A stretch of DNA of 64,000 nucleotides, taken from positions 3,147 to 67,146 of the forward strand of contig JAKFBV010000069.1 of the NCBI GenBank assembly GCA_036677005.1, given 5' to 3'. The notes beneath the pieces are model-generated. The model saw only the letters and a program-made list of their open reading frames with translations. It searched no databases and was not told the DNA's origin. The stretch is from Pedobacter sp. (GTDB lineage Bacteria > Bacteroidota > Bacteroidia > Sphingobacteriales > Sphingobacteriaceae). Position numbers and translations under genes: made by a program. This document shows, in pieces, positions 36,805 to 46,957 of this stretch; positions within the stretch are counted from its first letter, which is position 1, and every line of letters starts with the position of its first letter.

Positions 36805-36918
36805 ATGAAAAAAGTAGTTATTGGCGTAATAGCCTTATTCTTAGTTACAACAGTATTACAGGCATGTTCGTCCCGATTATGCCCGGCCTATGGTACATAC
36901 CCTAAATCAAGGCGTTAA
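36805..36918 (+). CDS. candidate 37-aa lipoprotein micro-ORF
   Basis: MKKVVIGVIALFLVTTVLQACSSRLCPAYGTYPKSRR, with a signal peptide and lipobox Cys. Read by hand. Confidence 0.4.
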   Translation: MKKVVIGVIALFLVTTVLQACSSRLCPAYGTYPKSRR

Positions 36919-37016
36919 TTCCAATTTTCCCTTATTCTTTCAATTTGACCGGATGGTGACCGCTTATCTTCCCTGTTTTGGTATTTTTGTGGCTAAACAA
37001 TTCAATTGTATTAATC

Positions 37017-37346
37017 ATGAACTGGATCACACTGAGCAGCCCCGGGCAATTGCAGCAAATAAAAGATGCTGAAGGATATAGCGTCATTTTTAAGCATAGT
37101 ACTCGGTGCCCTGTGAGCATGATGGCTAAAAAACGATTTGAGTTTGACTGGGATGCCATCCCTGAGGGTACTTCAGTATATTTTCTTGACCTGATCAGCT
37201 ACAGGGAACTTTCTACTGCCATTGCAGAGCAATTCAGGGTGTACCATGAATCCCCTCAGGTTCTTCTGATCAAAAAGGGGGAATGCATTTATGAGACCTC
37301 ACATTCTGAGATCTCGGCAGAGGACCTTGCAGATCAGATCGTTTAA
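37017..37346 (+). CDS. ytxJ: bacillithiol-system redox-active protein YtxJ (DUF2847 thioredoxin-like)
   Basis: FKHSTRCPVS single-Cys TCP-type motif and about 110 aa in length. Start taken at MNWITL. Confidence 0.8.
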   Translation: MNWITLSSPGQLQQIKDAEGYSVIFKHSTRCPVSMMAKKRFEFDWDAIPEGTSVYFLDLISYRELSTAIAEQFRVYHESPQVLLIKKGECIYETSHSEISAEDLADQIV

Positions 37347-37753
37347 TCCTTAAAATTAAAGCTGATATTTTGAATCAGATCCGGGTGCAAACTCTTGGCT
37401 ACCGGGCAATTTCTTGCTGATCTTTCCAGAATTAATCTCTGTTTTTCGGTATATATTATATCCGGGAAATAAAAAATGATCTGTATTTCACTTACTCTCC
37501 TTGGCTCAGAAGCCATGATCTTGGTAATGGAACAGGTACTGCCGTCAATATTGAAACCATGCTCCCGTGCAGCAATTCCCATGATCGTAAACATGCAGCT
37601 ACCCAGAGATGCCGACATCAGATCGGTAGGTGAAAAAGCTTCCGCCTTACCCTTGTTGTCAAGTGGAGCGTCGGTAATGATCTTATTGCCGGAAAAAACG
37701 TGAGTCGCTTCAGTTCTCAGGTCGCCGGGGTAGGTGGTTTCTATAGTTGCCAT
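37343..37753 (-). CDS. OsmC-family peroxiredoxin-like protein
   Basis: Two conserved Cys (SLGSCM, ARNCPV) in an OsmC/Ohr-like arrangement. Confidence 0.85.
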   Translation of the reverse strand: MATIETTYPGDLRTEATHVFSGNKIITDAPLDNKGKAEAFSPTDLMSASLGSCMFTIMGIAAREHGFNIDGSTCSITKIMASEPRRVSEIQIIFYFPDIIYTEKQRLILERSARNCPVAKSLHPDLIQNISFNFKD

Positions 37754-37781
37754 TATTGGGGATATTAAACTTTTGTTATTT

Positions 37782-37789
37782 CAAAAATA
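37782..37789 (-). promoter_or_regulatory. -7 box TATTTTTG upstream of the OsmC-family gene
   Basis: Plus strand CAAAAATA, 29 nt from the ATG. Confidence 0.4.
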
Positions 37790-37930
37790 AAATAAATATC
37801 CACCTGTTTAAGATATAGGGGAAAAACAAAAATCAAACTCTGGTTTTTATTATTAAGTTCAGTCTAAAAACACTGCAATGTCAAAATAACAGAACTGTAT
37901 TCTCCCATCTCAATTCTTGTTAAAATTATT

Positions 37931-37938
37931 TACTTTTG
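37931..37938 (+). promoter_or_regulatory. -7 box TACTTTTG, 4 nt upstream of the lipA ATG
   Basis: Matches TAnnTTTG. The alternative lipA start at 37976 would give a 32-nt leader. Confidence 0.4.
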
Positions 37939-37942
37939 CCTT

Positions 37943-38821
37943 ATGATCGATTTACCGGTTATCCCAGTTAACCAAATGCAGCGTAAGCCAAACTGGCTGC
38001 GTGTGAAACTTCCGGTTGGAAAGGAATATGCACATGTAAGGAGTTTAGTTGATACCCACAAACTTCATACAATCTGTGAGAGCGGCAATTGCCCGAATAT
38101 GGGCGAGTGCTGGGGGGCCGGTACAGCAACTTTTATGATTCTGGGCAATATTTGTACCCGTTCCTGCTCTTTTTGTGCTGTGGCAACGGGGAGGCCCCTT
38201 GCGGTTGATACCGATGAACCGAAGCGGGTTGCCAATTCTGTTCGTTTAATGCAGGTGAAGCATTGTGTGATCACCTCGGTTGACCGTGATGACCTGAAGG
38301 ACGGAGGCTCTGTAATATGGGCTGAAACCATTAATACCATCCGTAAAGAAAGCCCTGAAACCACACTCGAAACCCTTATTCCTGATTTCAGGGGCATTTG
38401 GGAGAATCTTGACCGCGTTCTGGAAACCCGGCCAGAAGTGGTTTCCCATAATCTGGAAACGGTACGCCGCTTAACAAAGGAAGTCAGAATTCAGGCTAAA
38501 TATGACCGCAGCCTGGAATGTCTCCGGCGTATCAATGAAGCCGGTTTAAGGACCAAATCAGGCATTATGCTCGGATTGGGTGAAACGGAAGATGATGTGT
38601 TTGAGGCAATGGCCGACCTGCTGGATGCCGGTGTACATATTCTAACTCTGGGTCAATACCTTCAGCCTAGCCGGAATCATCATCCTGTGCTGGACTGGAT
38701 CACACCTGAGCAGTTTGAGAAGTATAAGGTCCGCGGATTGGAGATGGGATTCAGATACGTGGAGAGTGGCCCGCTGGTACGTTCTTCCTACCACGCAGAA
38801 AAACACCTTTTTGAATTTTAA
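37943..38821 (+). CDS. lipA: lipoyl synthase
   Basis: [12 protein letters not shown] and CTRSCSFC radical-SAM clusters. The start could alternatively be Met12 (37976). Confidence 0.95.
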   Translation: MIDLPVIPVNQMQRKPNWLRVKLPVGKEYAHVRSLVDTHKLHTICESGNCPNMGECWGAGTATFMILGNICTRSCSFCAVATGRPLAVDTDEPKRVANSVRLMQVKHCVITSVDRDDLKDGGSVIWAETINTIRKESPETTLETLIPDFRGIWENLDRVLETRPEVVSHNLETVRRLTKEVRIQAKYDRSLECLRRINEAGLRTKSGIMLGLGETEDDVFEAMADLLDAGVHILTLGQYLQPSRNHHPVLDWITPEQFEKYKVRGLEMGFRYVESGPLVRSSYHAEKHLFEF

Positions 38822-38931
38822 ATAAGCAGGCCTGGCAATTCCCTGTTACACCTGTTACAGTCAGGCTTGAAGAAAGGAATAAACAACCCCCCGCCTCCCC
38901 CTTGAAAAAGGAGGGGAAAACTATAGAATTT

Positions 38932-40434
38932 TCACTCTGCGGGATAAGTATAGCCTTTTATGTTCCCGGGGATCAGTCTGGTGAGGTATCGCGGTGGGAT
39001 CGAATTCATTCCTTTTAATTCATCACCTGCTTTTCCGTGAATATAGACGGCCAGAACGGCAGCTTCATGTGGAGTATAAGCCTGCGCTAAAAATGCGGCT
39101 ATCATTCCTGTCAAAACATCCCCCATACCGCCAACTGCCATTGCCGGATTTCCTGTCGGATTGATCAGGATATCGCCCTCAGGTAATATAATAAAGGTGT
39201 ACTTATTCTTTAACAGGATGATAATTTTAAATTCTCTGGCTTTTTTCATCCCTAGTGTCAATCGGTCCCACCAGGAACCGGATTTACCGAAAAGGCCGTC
39301 AAATTCTTTTAAATGCGGACAAATAATGCACTGTTCAGGCAATGTATGAAGTAAATCAGGGTTAGAGGCCAGTATATTGAGTGCATCTGCATCAAGCACC
39401 ATGGGAGTTTTTTGGCTCTTAAGAATCAGTTTAAGTAATTCTTTTGAATCATGACCAGTTCCCAAACCCGGGCCAATAGCGATAGAACTGTACTTGCTTA
39501 ATGAGTCATCAGATCCTAACCCGGTTCTTGGGATAAACATGACCTCCGGCGCATAACTGTTCAGGGCAGTAAGGCCTTCTTGAGGAACTGATGCGGTGGT
39601 CAGTCCGGCGCCCGAATGCAGGCAGGCATCGGCGCAGAGCAATGCGGCACCCATAGTTTCGGTATTGCCGGCTATAATCAGGGCATGTCCATAAGTGCCT
39701 TTATGGCTGAATGCTTTCCGCGACTTGATGATGCCACGAATATCAGCTTCTTCAATGAGTTTCCATGGTCCCTGTTGAGATTGTATAAAACCTTCATCCA
39801 GCCCGATCCCGACAACCTTGAATCGATCTGTGGCATTGGCAGATTCGGGAAGGAAGAAATTAATCTTCGGGCGCTGAAAACTGATCGTCAGAGATGCCTT
39901 CAGGATTACTGCTTTCGGGTCAATTGGGCCATCGGATGGAAAACCGCTGGGGACATCAACGGCAATTACTTTTCTGTTGACCAGGTTGAGATGTTCAACA
40001 AGAACTTTCAGGTCCCCTTCCAGAGGCTTATTTAATCCTGAGCCGATCAAGGCATCAACAATGACAAGGGCATTTTCCCCGGAAAATTTATTGCCTGGTG
40101 ATAATTCGGTCAGTGTAATTCCTGTTAATTTCAGGCGATCCAGGTTAGCTTTGAAATCCCCGCTTTCTTTAGCTGAGAAGCGTGCGATTTTTACCGAAAG
40201 GCGGTCGTATGCAGCTTCTTTGAGTAAGCGGGCTATTGCCAGCCCATCACCTCCATTATTTCCTGTACCACAATAAACACTGATCGGGGTATCGATATCG
40301 GGTACCTCCTCCTTAAATGCTCTGACAAAGGCAAGAGCGGCCGTTTCCATAAGGTCCAGCGAGCTGATGGGCTTCGTTTTTATTGTATAGGCATCTGCCT
40401 CCCTGGTTTGGGAGGATGTGAGGAGTTGGAGCAT
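38932..40434 (-). CDS. nnr: bifunctional NAD(P)H-hydrate epimerase / ADP-dependent dehydratase
   Basis: YjeF N-terminal domain (GTGNNGGDG) fused to a carbohydrate-kinase-like C-terminal domain (GGMGDVLTG). Confidence 0.9.
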   Translation of the reverse strand: MLQLLTSSQTREADAYTIKTKPISSLDLMETAALAFVRAFKEEVPDIDTPISVYCGTGNNGGDGLAIARLLKEAAYDRLSVKIARFSAKESGDFKANLDRLKLTGITLTELSPGNKFSGENALVIVDALIGSGLNKPLEGDLKVLVEHLNLVNRKVIAVDVPSGFPSDGPIDPKAVILKASLTISFQRPKINFFLPESANATDRFKVVGIGLDEGFIQSQQGPWKLIEEADIRGIIKSRKAFSHKGTYGHALIIAGNTETMGAALLCADACLHSGAGLTTASVPQEGLTALNSYAPEVMFIPRTGLGSDDSLSKYSSIAIGPGLGTGHDSKELLKLILKSQKTPMVLDADALNILASNPDLLHTLPEQCIICPHLKEFDGLFGKSGSWWDRLTLGMKKAREFKIIILLKNKYTFIILPEGDILINPTGNPAMAVGGMGDVLTGMIAAFLAQAYTPHEAAVLAVYIHGKAGDELKGMNSIPPRYLTRLIPGNIKGYTYPAE

Positions 40435-40464
40435 ATACTAAATTAAGAAAAAGCAGGGGGGTTT

Positions 40465-43311
40465 TTAAGAAACTCCCATCTCAATTGCCAGATATTTCCC
40501 TGTATGACTGTCTTTTACCTTTACCAGATCCTCGGGGGTTCCTTCAAATAAGATCTGCCCGCCTCCTGAGCCTCCCTCCGGACCGAGATCGATCACCCAG
40601 TCGGCCACTTTGATCACATCCAGATTATGTTCGATAACGAGGATCGTATTCCCATGGTCCACCAGCCGGTTAAGTACACCAAGCAGTACATTGATATCCT
40701 CAAAATGGAGTCCGGTAGTGGGTTCATCCAGGATGTAGAATGTATTTCCGGTATCTTTTTTGGAAAGCTCAGTTGCCAGTTTTACCCGCTGCGCTTCACC
40801 GCCTGATAAGGTGGTGGAGGATTGTCCGAGACGGATATATCCCAGTCCGACATCCTGTAAGGTCTTGATCTTGCGGTAGATAGCAGGAATAGGCTCAAAG
40901 AATGCGACTGCTTCCTCAATACTCATATCCAGAACATCACTGATTGATTTTCCCCGGTAGCGTACCTCCAGCGTTTCGCGGTTATAGCGCTTGCCGCTGC
41001 ATTCCTCGCATGGAACCTGTACATCAGGCAGAAAGTTCATTTCGATGACCTTCAGGCCTGCGCCCTGACAGGTTTCGCAGCGCCCGCCTTTTACATTGAA
41101 TGAAAAACGGCCAGGTTTATAACCTCGGATCTTGGCTTCCGGAAGCATGACGAACAGATTCCTGATATCCGAAAAGACGCCGGTATAGGTTGATGGATTG
41201 GATCTTGGCGTACGCCCGATAGGGGCCTGATCAATTTCAATTACCTTATCGATATGCTCAAGTCCTTCGATTTTTTTATAGGCCATTGGTTTTTTCTTTG
41301 CCCTGAAAAAATGATGGTTAAGTATCGGGTAGAGTGTATCGGCGATCAGGGTTGATTTACCGCTGCCTGAAACCCCGCTAACGCAGATCAGTTTCCCGAG
41401 CGGGAATTCAACAGATACATCTCTGAGATTATTGCCGCTGGCATTCTTCAGGATCAGAAATTTTCCATTGCCCTTCCTCCGTTCAGCCGGAATTTTAATT
41501 TCTTTTCGGCCATTGAGGTAATCATTGGTTAGGGTTTTAGCTTTCGCAAATTCAGCAGGCGTTCCTTCACCCACTACCTCACCTCCATGTTCGCCGGCTG
41601 CCGGACCCATATCGATCACATGATCGGCATGCATGATCATGTCTTTATCATGTTCGACAACCAAAACCGTATTGCCGATATCCCGCAGGTTTTTTAACGC
41701 CGATATCAGCCGGGCATTATCCCGCTGATGCAGGCCAATACTGGGTTCATCCAGAATATACAATACGTTGACCAGCTGTGAACCGATCTGGGTTGCCAGA
41801 CGGATACGCTGGGCTTCGCCTCCTGATAATGTTTTGGCAGTGCGGTCCAGGGTGAGGTAGTTCAATCCCACGTCCAGAAGAAATCCAATTCTGGAACGGA
41901 TCTCCTTTAATATCTCTCTGGCTATGGTATTTTGCCTGTCGTTTAAGCGGCTTTCCAGATCTTCAAACCACTTGTAGAGATGGGAAATGTCCAGGCAGGC
42001 AAGCTCATAGATATTCTTATTGTCAACCTTAATATGCAGGGATTCCTTTTTCAGGCGTGCACCCATACATTCAGGGCATGTTTTCAAAACACGGTAGTTT
42101 TCCAGGTCTTCGCCAACGTCTTCCCCGCGGCGCTCGGTTTGCTCTTCCAGCATTTTGATGATTCCGTCAAAAGAGATCTGATAGTTCTGAACATTCCATT
42201 TATTATACTCGACCGGAACAGTTATGATATCATGAGAGCCATTAAGAATGATCTCTACAATATCTTCAGGGATCTTTTCAATGGGGGTGGAAAGCGAGAA
42301 ATTATACTTTTTCGCAAGCGCTTTCAGGATCTGGAAGACCCAGGTCTCACGGTATTCACCGAGCGGAGCGAGTCCCCCCTGCATAATACTCAGCCTGGGG
42401 TTTGGAATAACCGAATGCCGGTCAACCTCAAAGATATATCCCAAACCACCGCATCGTTCACAGGCACCATAGGGTGAATTGAAAGAGAAGGTATTGGGTT
42501 GGGGTTCATCATAGGAGATCCCGGATAGGGGATCCATGAGGAATTTACTGTAAAAAAATTCTTTATTTTCTTTATCGCTGATCTTGATAATCCCTTTTGA
42601 AACCTTTAGGGCCGATTGTATTGAATCATAAAGTCTTTTTTTATCATCCGGGCTTACCAGCAGCCTGTCGATAACCATTTCAATATCATGGATCTTATAT
42701 CGGTCGAGCTGCATTTTGGGACTGATATCCAGAATTTCTCCGTCAACCCGTACCTTAAGATAGCCCTGTTTACGGATCTGCTCGAATAATTCACGGTAAT
42801 GCCCTTTCCGGCCTTTAACTACCGGGGCAAGGATACTTACTGCCTGTCCTTCAAATTTTTCAAGGACACTTTTAAGGATCTGATCTTCGGTCATGCGTTC
42901 CATCTTTTCGCCGCTGACATAGGAATAGGCCTCCCCGGTTCGAGCAAAAAGCAGGCGCATAAAATCGTAGATCTCGGTAATGGTCCCCACGGTAGAGCGG
43001 GGATTTTTGCTGGTGGTTTTTTGTTCAATGGCGATCACCGGACTTAAGCCGGAGATTTTATCGACATCAGGACGCTCCATGCCTCCCAGGAACTGCCGGG
43101 AATAAGCGCTGAAAGTTTCCATATATCTCCGCTGTCCTTCTGCATAGATCGTATCGAATGCCAGCGATGATTTTCCGCTGCCGCTCAATCCGGTTATAAC
43201 AACCAGTTTATTGCGCGGAAAGGAAACATCGATATTTTTTAAATTGTGAACTCTGGCACCAAAAACTTCAACTTCACTTTGCTCGCCAAGATCGGGATTA
43301 GATTTATTCAT
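40465..43311 (-). CDS. uvrA: excinuclease ABC subunit UvrA
   Basis: Two ABC ATPase modules ([22 protein letters not shown]), zinc-finger Cys clusters and 948 aa in length. Confidence 0.97.
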   Translation of the reverse strand: MNKSNPDLGEQSEVEVFGARVHNLKNIDVSFPRNKLVVITGLSGSGKSSLAFDTIYAEGQRRYMETFSAYSRQFLGGMERPDVDKISGLSPVIAIEQKTTSKNPRSTVGTITEIYDFMRLLFARTGEAYSYVSGEKMERMTEDQILKSVLEKFEGQAVSILAPVVKGRKGHYRELFEQIRKQGYLKVRVDGEILDISPKMQLDRYKIHDIEMVIDRLLVSPDDKKRLYDSIQSALKVSKGIIKISDKENKEFFYSKFLMDPLSGISYDEPQPNTFSFNSPYGACERCGGLGYIFEVDRHSVIPNPRLSIMQGGLAPLGEYRETWVFQILKALAKKYNFSLSTPIEKIPEDIVEIILNGSHDIITVPVEYNKWNVQNYQISFDGIIKMLEEQTERRGEDVGEDLENYRVLKTCPECMGARLKKESLHIKVDNKNIYELACLDISHLYKWFEDLESRLNDRQNTIAREILKEIRSRIGFLLDVGLNYLTLDRTAKTLSGGEAQRIRLATQIGSQLVNVLYILDEPSIGLHQRDNARLISALKNLRDIGNTVLVVEHDKDMIMHADHVIDMGPAAGEHGGEVVGEGTPAEFAKAKTLTNDYLNGRKEIKIPAERRKGNGKFLILKNASGNNLRDVSVEFPLGKLICVSGVSGSGKSTLIADTLYPILNHHFFRAKKKPMAYKKIEGLEHIDKVIEIDQAPIGRTPRSNPSTYTGVFSDIRNLFVMLPEAKIRGYKPGRFSFNVKGGRCETCQGAGLKVIEMNFLPDVQVPCEECSGKRYNRETLEVRYRGKSISDVLDMSIEEAVAFFEPIPAIYRKIKTLQDVGLGYIRLGQSSTTLSGGEAQRVKLATELSKKDTGNTFYILDEPTTGLHFEDINVLLGVLNRLVDHGNTILVIEHNLDVIKVADWVIDLGPEGGSGGGQILFEGTPEDLVKVKDSHTGKYLAIEMGVS

Positions 43312-43380
43312 AAATTGAATACTCGCTCAAAAAATTTATGCAAAGATGCGATTTTTTCTTCTAGTGAATATTTTTTCAGG

Positions 43381-43486
43381 AAGTAAAGACTTACCGAATT
43401 TACTTATACGTCATGCATTTAAATTCGTAGGTCGCCCGGATGGTTCGTGAAGACGAAATCGATTTTTCGCTCGCCCGGGTGATTTA
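43381..43486. repeat. composite palindromic element, uvrA-upstream copy
   Basis: GACTTACCGAATTTA / TAAATTCGTAGGTC arms (43388-43433) plus GAAATCGATTTTTCGCTCGCCCGGGTGATTT (43455-43485). The second module matches the reverse complement of 35366-35396 at about 27/31 positions. Confidence 0.7.
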
Positions 43487-43550
43487 AGTTAATCGATTAT
43501 AAACAGAAAAGGGCCGGATAAATCCAGCCCTCTCTGATTGGTTTAAATGG

Positions 43551-44375
43551 TTAGTTCTTTAAGATTTGCGGGTAAGAAGTGTTATTCCTTCCTGTATTGG
43601 CATCTAACAGTGATTTGCTTTCTGCATTTGCATTGGCTAACAGCCTGCTGGCTCTGTTGTTGTACCCATAACGGGTAGGATTTTCAATGATCTCCTTCAT
43701 TGAGATTAATTTATACACATAGGAAGCGGTTTCCCTGTTGAGTTTCATCTTAAAATAATTGTCCTGGTTCTGTTTGTTGATCTGGCGCTTAAGGCTGCCT
43801 TCACCTATATTATATGCTGCGGCAGCCAGTGTCCAGCTGTCAAATTCGCGATATAATGATTTAAGGTATTTAGCAGCCGCAATGGTGGATTTTTTAATAT
43901 TCTGACGCTCATCTACTTCGGCGTTTACACGCAGGCCAAAATCACGGGCGGTTTGCGGCATAAATTGCCAGTAACCCGATGCTCCTTTAGGTGAAGTACC
44001 GCTTTTAAGTCCGCTTTCTACCAGGGGCATGTATTTAAAATCGGCTGGAATTCCATATTTCTTTAAAATAGGTTCTATAATAGGGAACCACTTTTCGGCC
44101 TGCTTATGGAGACGGGAAGTCTGCAGTTTTGCATAGGAGTGAGCGTGAAGACTTGCATTCATTTTCGATTTGATCCTCTGGTCGCCCAGTGGAAGACCTT
44201 CGTTTGCGAAGGTCAGGGAGTTGAAATAGGGTTCAACAGGGATTTCAATATTTTGTGGCGACTGAATGATAGTTAAATACTTATCAAAGCTGGCCGGAGT
44301 ACTATAAATAAACAACTTGGCTGTTAACAGCAAGCCCAACATCACAGAACACGTTATCAAGTGTTTCTTTATCAT
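43551..44375 (-). CDS. lytic transglycosylase (SLT domain) protein
   Basis: ESGLKSGTSPKGASGYWQFM and AAAYNIG motifs. Start set at MIKKHL because a -7 box overlaps the upstream Met. Confidence 0.85.
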   Translation of the reverse strand: MIKKHLITCSVMLGLLLTAKLFIYSTPASFDKYLTIIQSPQNIEIPVEPYFNSLTFANEGLPLGDQRIKSKMNASLHAHSYAKLQTSRLHKQAEKWFPIIEPILKKYGIPADFKYMPLVESGLKSGTSPKGASGYWQFMPQTARDFGLRVNAEVDERQNIKKSTIAAAKYLKSLYREFDSWTLAAAAYNIGEGSLKRQINKQNQDNYFKMKLNRETASYVYKLISMKEIIENPTRYGYNNRASRLLANANAESKSLLDANTGRNNTSYPQILKN

Positions 44376-44414
44376 TTTTACCTCTCTTTTTAGTTCCAAA
44401 TACAATATTTTGTG

Positions 44415-44422
44415 CAAAGGTA
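44415..44422 (-). promoter_or_regulatory. -7 box TACCTTTG upstream of the transglycosylase gene
   Basis: Plus strand CAAAGGTA, 40 nt from the ATG at 44375. Confidence 0.35.
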
Positions 44423-44543
44423 CAAAATATATATCTAATTATCAAATAGTTATGAAATAGCCCTTGTAAAGCACATGTATTAATAGTAGATTTCTGGGTT
44501 ATATTTCCATCTTTAATTCTCAAGTAATCAGCGCTTTTTCCGG

Positions 44544-44561
44544 TAATTTTGATTAGATTTG
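44544..44561 (+). promoter_or_regulatory. two tandem -7 boxes (TAATTTTG, TAGATTTG) upstream of rluB
   Basis: Both match TAnnTTTG and are 10 nt apart, 33-43 nt before the ATG at 44594. Confidence 0.4.
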
Positions 44562-44593
44562 CGGTCCTCTTTTAAAGAGATAAAAAGCGTATC

Positions 44594-46048
44594 ATGCCAT
44601 TCAAAAACAAAAGGAACAGTCGCGACGACAAATCCGAAAAATCTACCCGTACTTCCAGGCCTGCTTCAGGCTCGTCTTCCAAAAGCAATTCTTATAAATC
44701 AGACCGACCCGAAGGTACCAACAGTACAAGGAAGAAATTGTTTTCGGATGATTCGAAGAGGCCGTTTAAAAGCGGCTTTAAAAAGGCCGATGATAAATCC
44801 GGGTCTGGTTTTTCTTCTGAAAAAAGAAGCCCTAAAAGCTTTGGCCGCTCTGCCGGCAGCGATGAGCGCCGTTCATCCGCTGAACGTCCTGAAAGAAAGC
44901 CATACGGAGAAAGACCTGCAGGAGAAAAAAGGCCATTCGGCGACAGGCCTTCAGGTGAGAAGAGAACTTTTTCTGATCGTAAGGAAACCGGAAGAAAGCC
45001 ATTTGCTGACAGAACTCCCGGAGAGAAAAAACCTTATTCAGACAGAGGCGAAGGGGGAAGGAAAACATTCGGAGACAGAGCACAGGGAGACAGGAAACCC
45101 TGGCCAGGCACCAATGAAACAGAAAAAAAACCATTTGCCGGTCGTGAAAGTAAATTTTCAGATAAGAAAGCACCAGTTAAAAGGTTCAATGACAAGCCAT
45201 TCAAATCACGTTCCACCGGAGATTCTCCATCATCTGATCGCCCGAAATACAGAACAGATGACAGGAAATGGAGTTCAGAAGAGCACTTAGGGAATAAACG
45301 CAGCAAAAAGCCGGTCGCAGATAAGGATGACGGGTTGATCCGCCTTAACCGTTTTATAGCCAATGCAGGAATTTGTTCAAGGCGAAAAGCCGATGAACTG
45401 ATCGCCGCTGGAGTGGTATCGGTCAACGGAGAACCTGTTACCGAACTGGGATTTAAAGTTGACCCGGCTAAGGATACGATCCGTTATAATGGCGAGGCCC
45501 TCAAGCGTGAAAAAAATGTTTATGTCTTATTAAATAAGCCCAAAGATTATATAACCACTACCGACGATCCTCAGGAGCGTAAAACTGTGATGAGCCTGGT
45601 TGAAAAGGCATCCCGCGAAAGGATCTACCCGGTAGGCCGGCTGGATCGGAATACAACCGGTTTATTACTGATGACCAATGACGGCGACCTTGCCGAGAAA
45701 TTGTCACACCCCCGGAATAATATCACCAAATTATATCAGGTAGAACTGAATAAAAGTTTATCCCAGGGCGACCTGAATAAGATCGCATTCGGAATTGAAC
45801 TGGAAGATGGCCTCATTAAACCAGATCAGGTAAGTTATGTTGCCGGCGGCAGTAAAAAGGAAGTCGGAATACAGATCCATAGCGGAAAGAACAGGGTTGT
45901 CAGAAGGATCTTCGAAAGCCTGGGCTACGAAGTGGTTAAACTTGACCGTGTAGTCTATTCACACCTGACCAAGAAAGATCTTCCGAGAGGCAGATGGAGA
46001 TACCTGGAAGAGAAAGAAATTATCCAGCTAAAACACCTGATTAAATAA
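44594..46048 (+). CDS. rluB: RsuA/RluB-family 23S rRNA pseudouridine synthase with a ~245-aa basic low-complexity N-terminal extension
   Basis: S4 domain (IRLNRFIANAGICSRRKAD), catalytic GRLDRNTTGLLL, and an N-terminus of degenerate (K/R)PF(G/A/S)DR..GEK repeats. Confidence 0.88.
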   Translation: MPFKNKRNSRDDKSEKSTRTSRPASGSSSKSNSYKSDRPEGTNSTRKKLFSDDSKRPFKSGFKKADDKSGSGFSSEKRSPKSFGRSAGSDERRSSAERPERKPYGERPAGEKRPFGDRPSGEKRTFSDRKETGRKPFADRTPGEKKPYSDRGEGGRKTFGDRAQGDRKPWPGTNETEKKPFAGRESKFSDKKAPVKRFNDKPFKSRSTGDSPSSDRPKYRTDDRKWSSEEHLGNKRSKKPVADKDDGLIRLNRFIANAGICSRRKADELIAAGVVSVNGEPVTELGFKVDPAKDTIRYNGEALKREKNVYVLLNKPKDYITTTDDPQERKTVMSLVEKASRERIYPVGRLDRNTTGLLLMTNDGDLAEKLSHPRNNITKLYQVELNKSLSQGDLNKIAFGIELEDGLIKPDQVSYVAGGSKKEVGIQIHSGKNRVVRRIFESLGYEVVKLDRVVYSHLTKKDLPRGRWRYLEEKEIIQLKHLIK

Positions 46049-46053
46049 GATTT

Positions 46054-46086
46054 AAAGCCTTTGGGATTACCCGGGGGCTTTTTTGT
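46054..46086 (+). terminator. intrinsic terminator after rluB
   Basis: AAAGCC...GGGGGCTTTTTTTG, a hairpin followed by a T-run. Confidence 0.6.
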
Positions 46087-46097
46087 TAATTTGCGGC

Positions 46098-46865
46098 ATG
46101 ATCCTGACTGATACACATACCCATTTATATTACGAAACAGATCCTGAGAAATTGTCGGGCCTGATGCAGAGAAGTCTGGATAAGGGAGTCAGCAGGTTGT
46201 TTCTGCCTAATGTTGATTCTAAATCAATTCCATTGGTTTTCAGACTGGCTGAACAATATCCTGAGAATTGTTACCCCATGCTGGGATTGCACCCCTGCGA
46301 TGTAAAGGAAAATTTCAGGGAGGAATTAGCACTCATTTATAAAGAAATTCCTGGCCGAAGGATCTATGCCATTGGCGAGATCGGTATCGATCTGTACTGG
46401 GATAAAACTACACTTGCAATACAGCAGGAAGCATTTCGTACCCAGATCAACCGGGCAAAGCAGATGAATCTGCCCATAGTTATTCATTGCCGTGAAGCTT
46501 TTGATGAGATATTTGAGATCCTGGAAGAATTAAAGGATGATAAACTGAGAGGGATATTCCATTGTTTTACGGGTGATGCTGCACAGGCAGAAAAAGTGAC
46601 CAGACTCGGCTTTTATCTTGGTATCGGTGGAGTGCTGACTTATAAGAATTCAGGTCTGGATAAAGTTGTGCAGGGTATTTCATTAGAGCATCTGGTGCTT
46701 GAAACTGATTCGCCATACCTTACACCGGTTCCCTTCCGCGGTAAACAGAATGAGAGCAGTTACCTGGTTTATGTTGCTCAGAAGCTGGCTGACCTGAAGC
46801 AGGTCCCTATTGAAGAAGTTGCTGAAATAACAACCAGGAACTCTGAAAGAGTCTTTGGTATATAG
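46098..46865 (+). CDS. TatD-family metal-dependent hydrolase
   Basis: LTDTHTHLY, GEIGID, HCR and ETDSPY are TatD motifs. Confidence 0.9.
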   Translation: MILTDTHTHLYYETDPEKLSGLMQRSLDKGVSRLFLPNVDSKSIPLVFRLAEQYPENCYPMLGLHPCDVKENFREELALIYKEIPGRRIYAIGEIGIDLYWDKTTLAIQQEAFRTQINRAKQMNLPIVIHCREAFDEIFEILEELKDDKLRGIFHCFTGDAAQAEKVTRLGFYLGIGGVLTYKNSGLDKVVQGISLEHLVLETDSPYLTPVPFRGKQNESSYLVYVAQKLADLKQVPIEEVAEITTRNSERVFGI

Positions 46866-46957
46866 AAATTGAATAATAATCAAATACAGGATCAGGAAAT
46901 GATCTCATTTGCTGTCTTTTTTTATCTTTACAATCCGGCAACCAATTAAATAACCCG

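Noticed and set aside
36890-37159. Tracked ORFs 36890-37072 (+) and 36932-37159 (-)
   Set aside because: They overlap the ytxJ start region and the small lipoprotein ORF. They have no family resemblance, and the ytxJ frame explains the region.
44559-45426. Alternative-frame ORFs 44559-45290 (+), 44832-45173 (-) and 45034-45426 (-)
   Set aside because: These are shadow ORFs produced by the purine-rich, low-complexity region encoding the RluB N-terminal extension. The rluB frame continues into recognisable S4 and catalytic domains.
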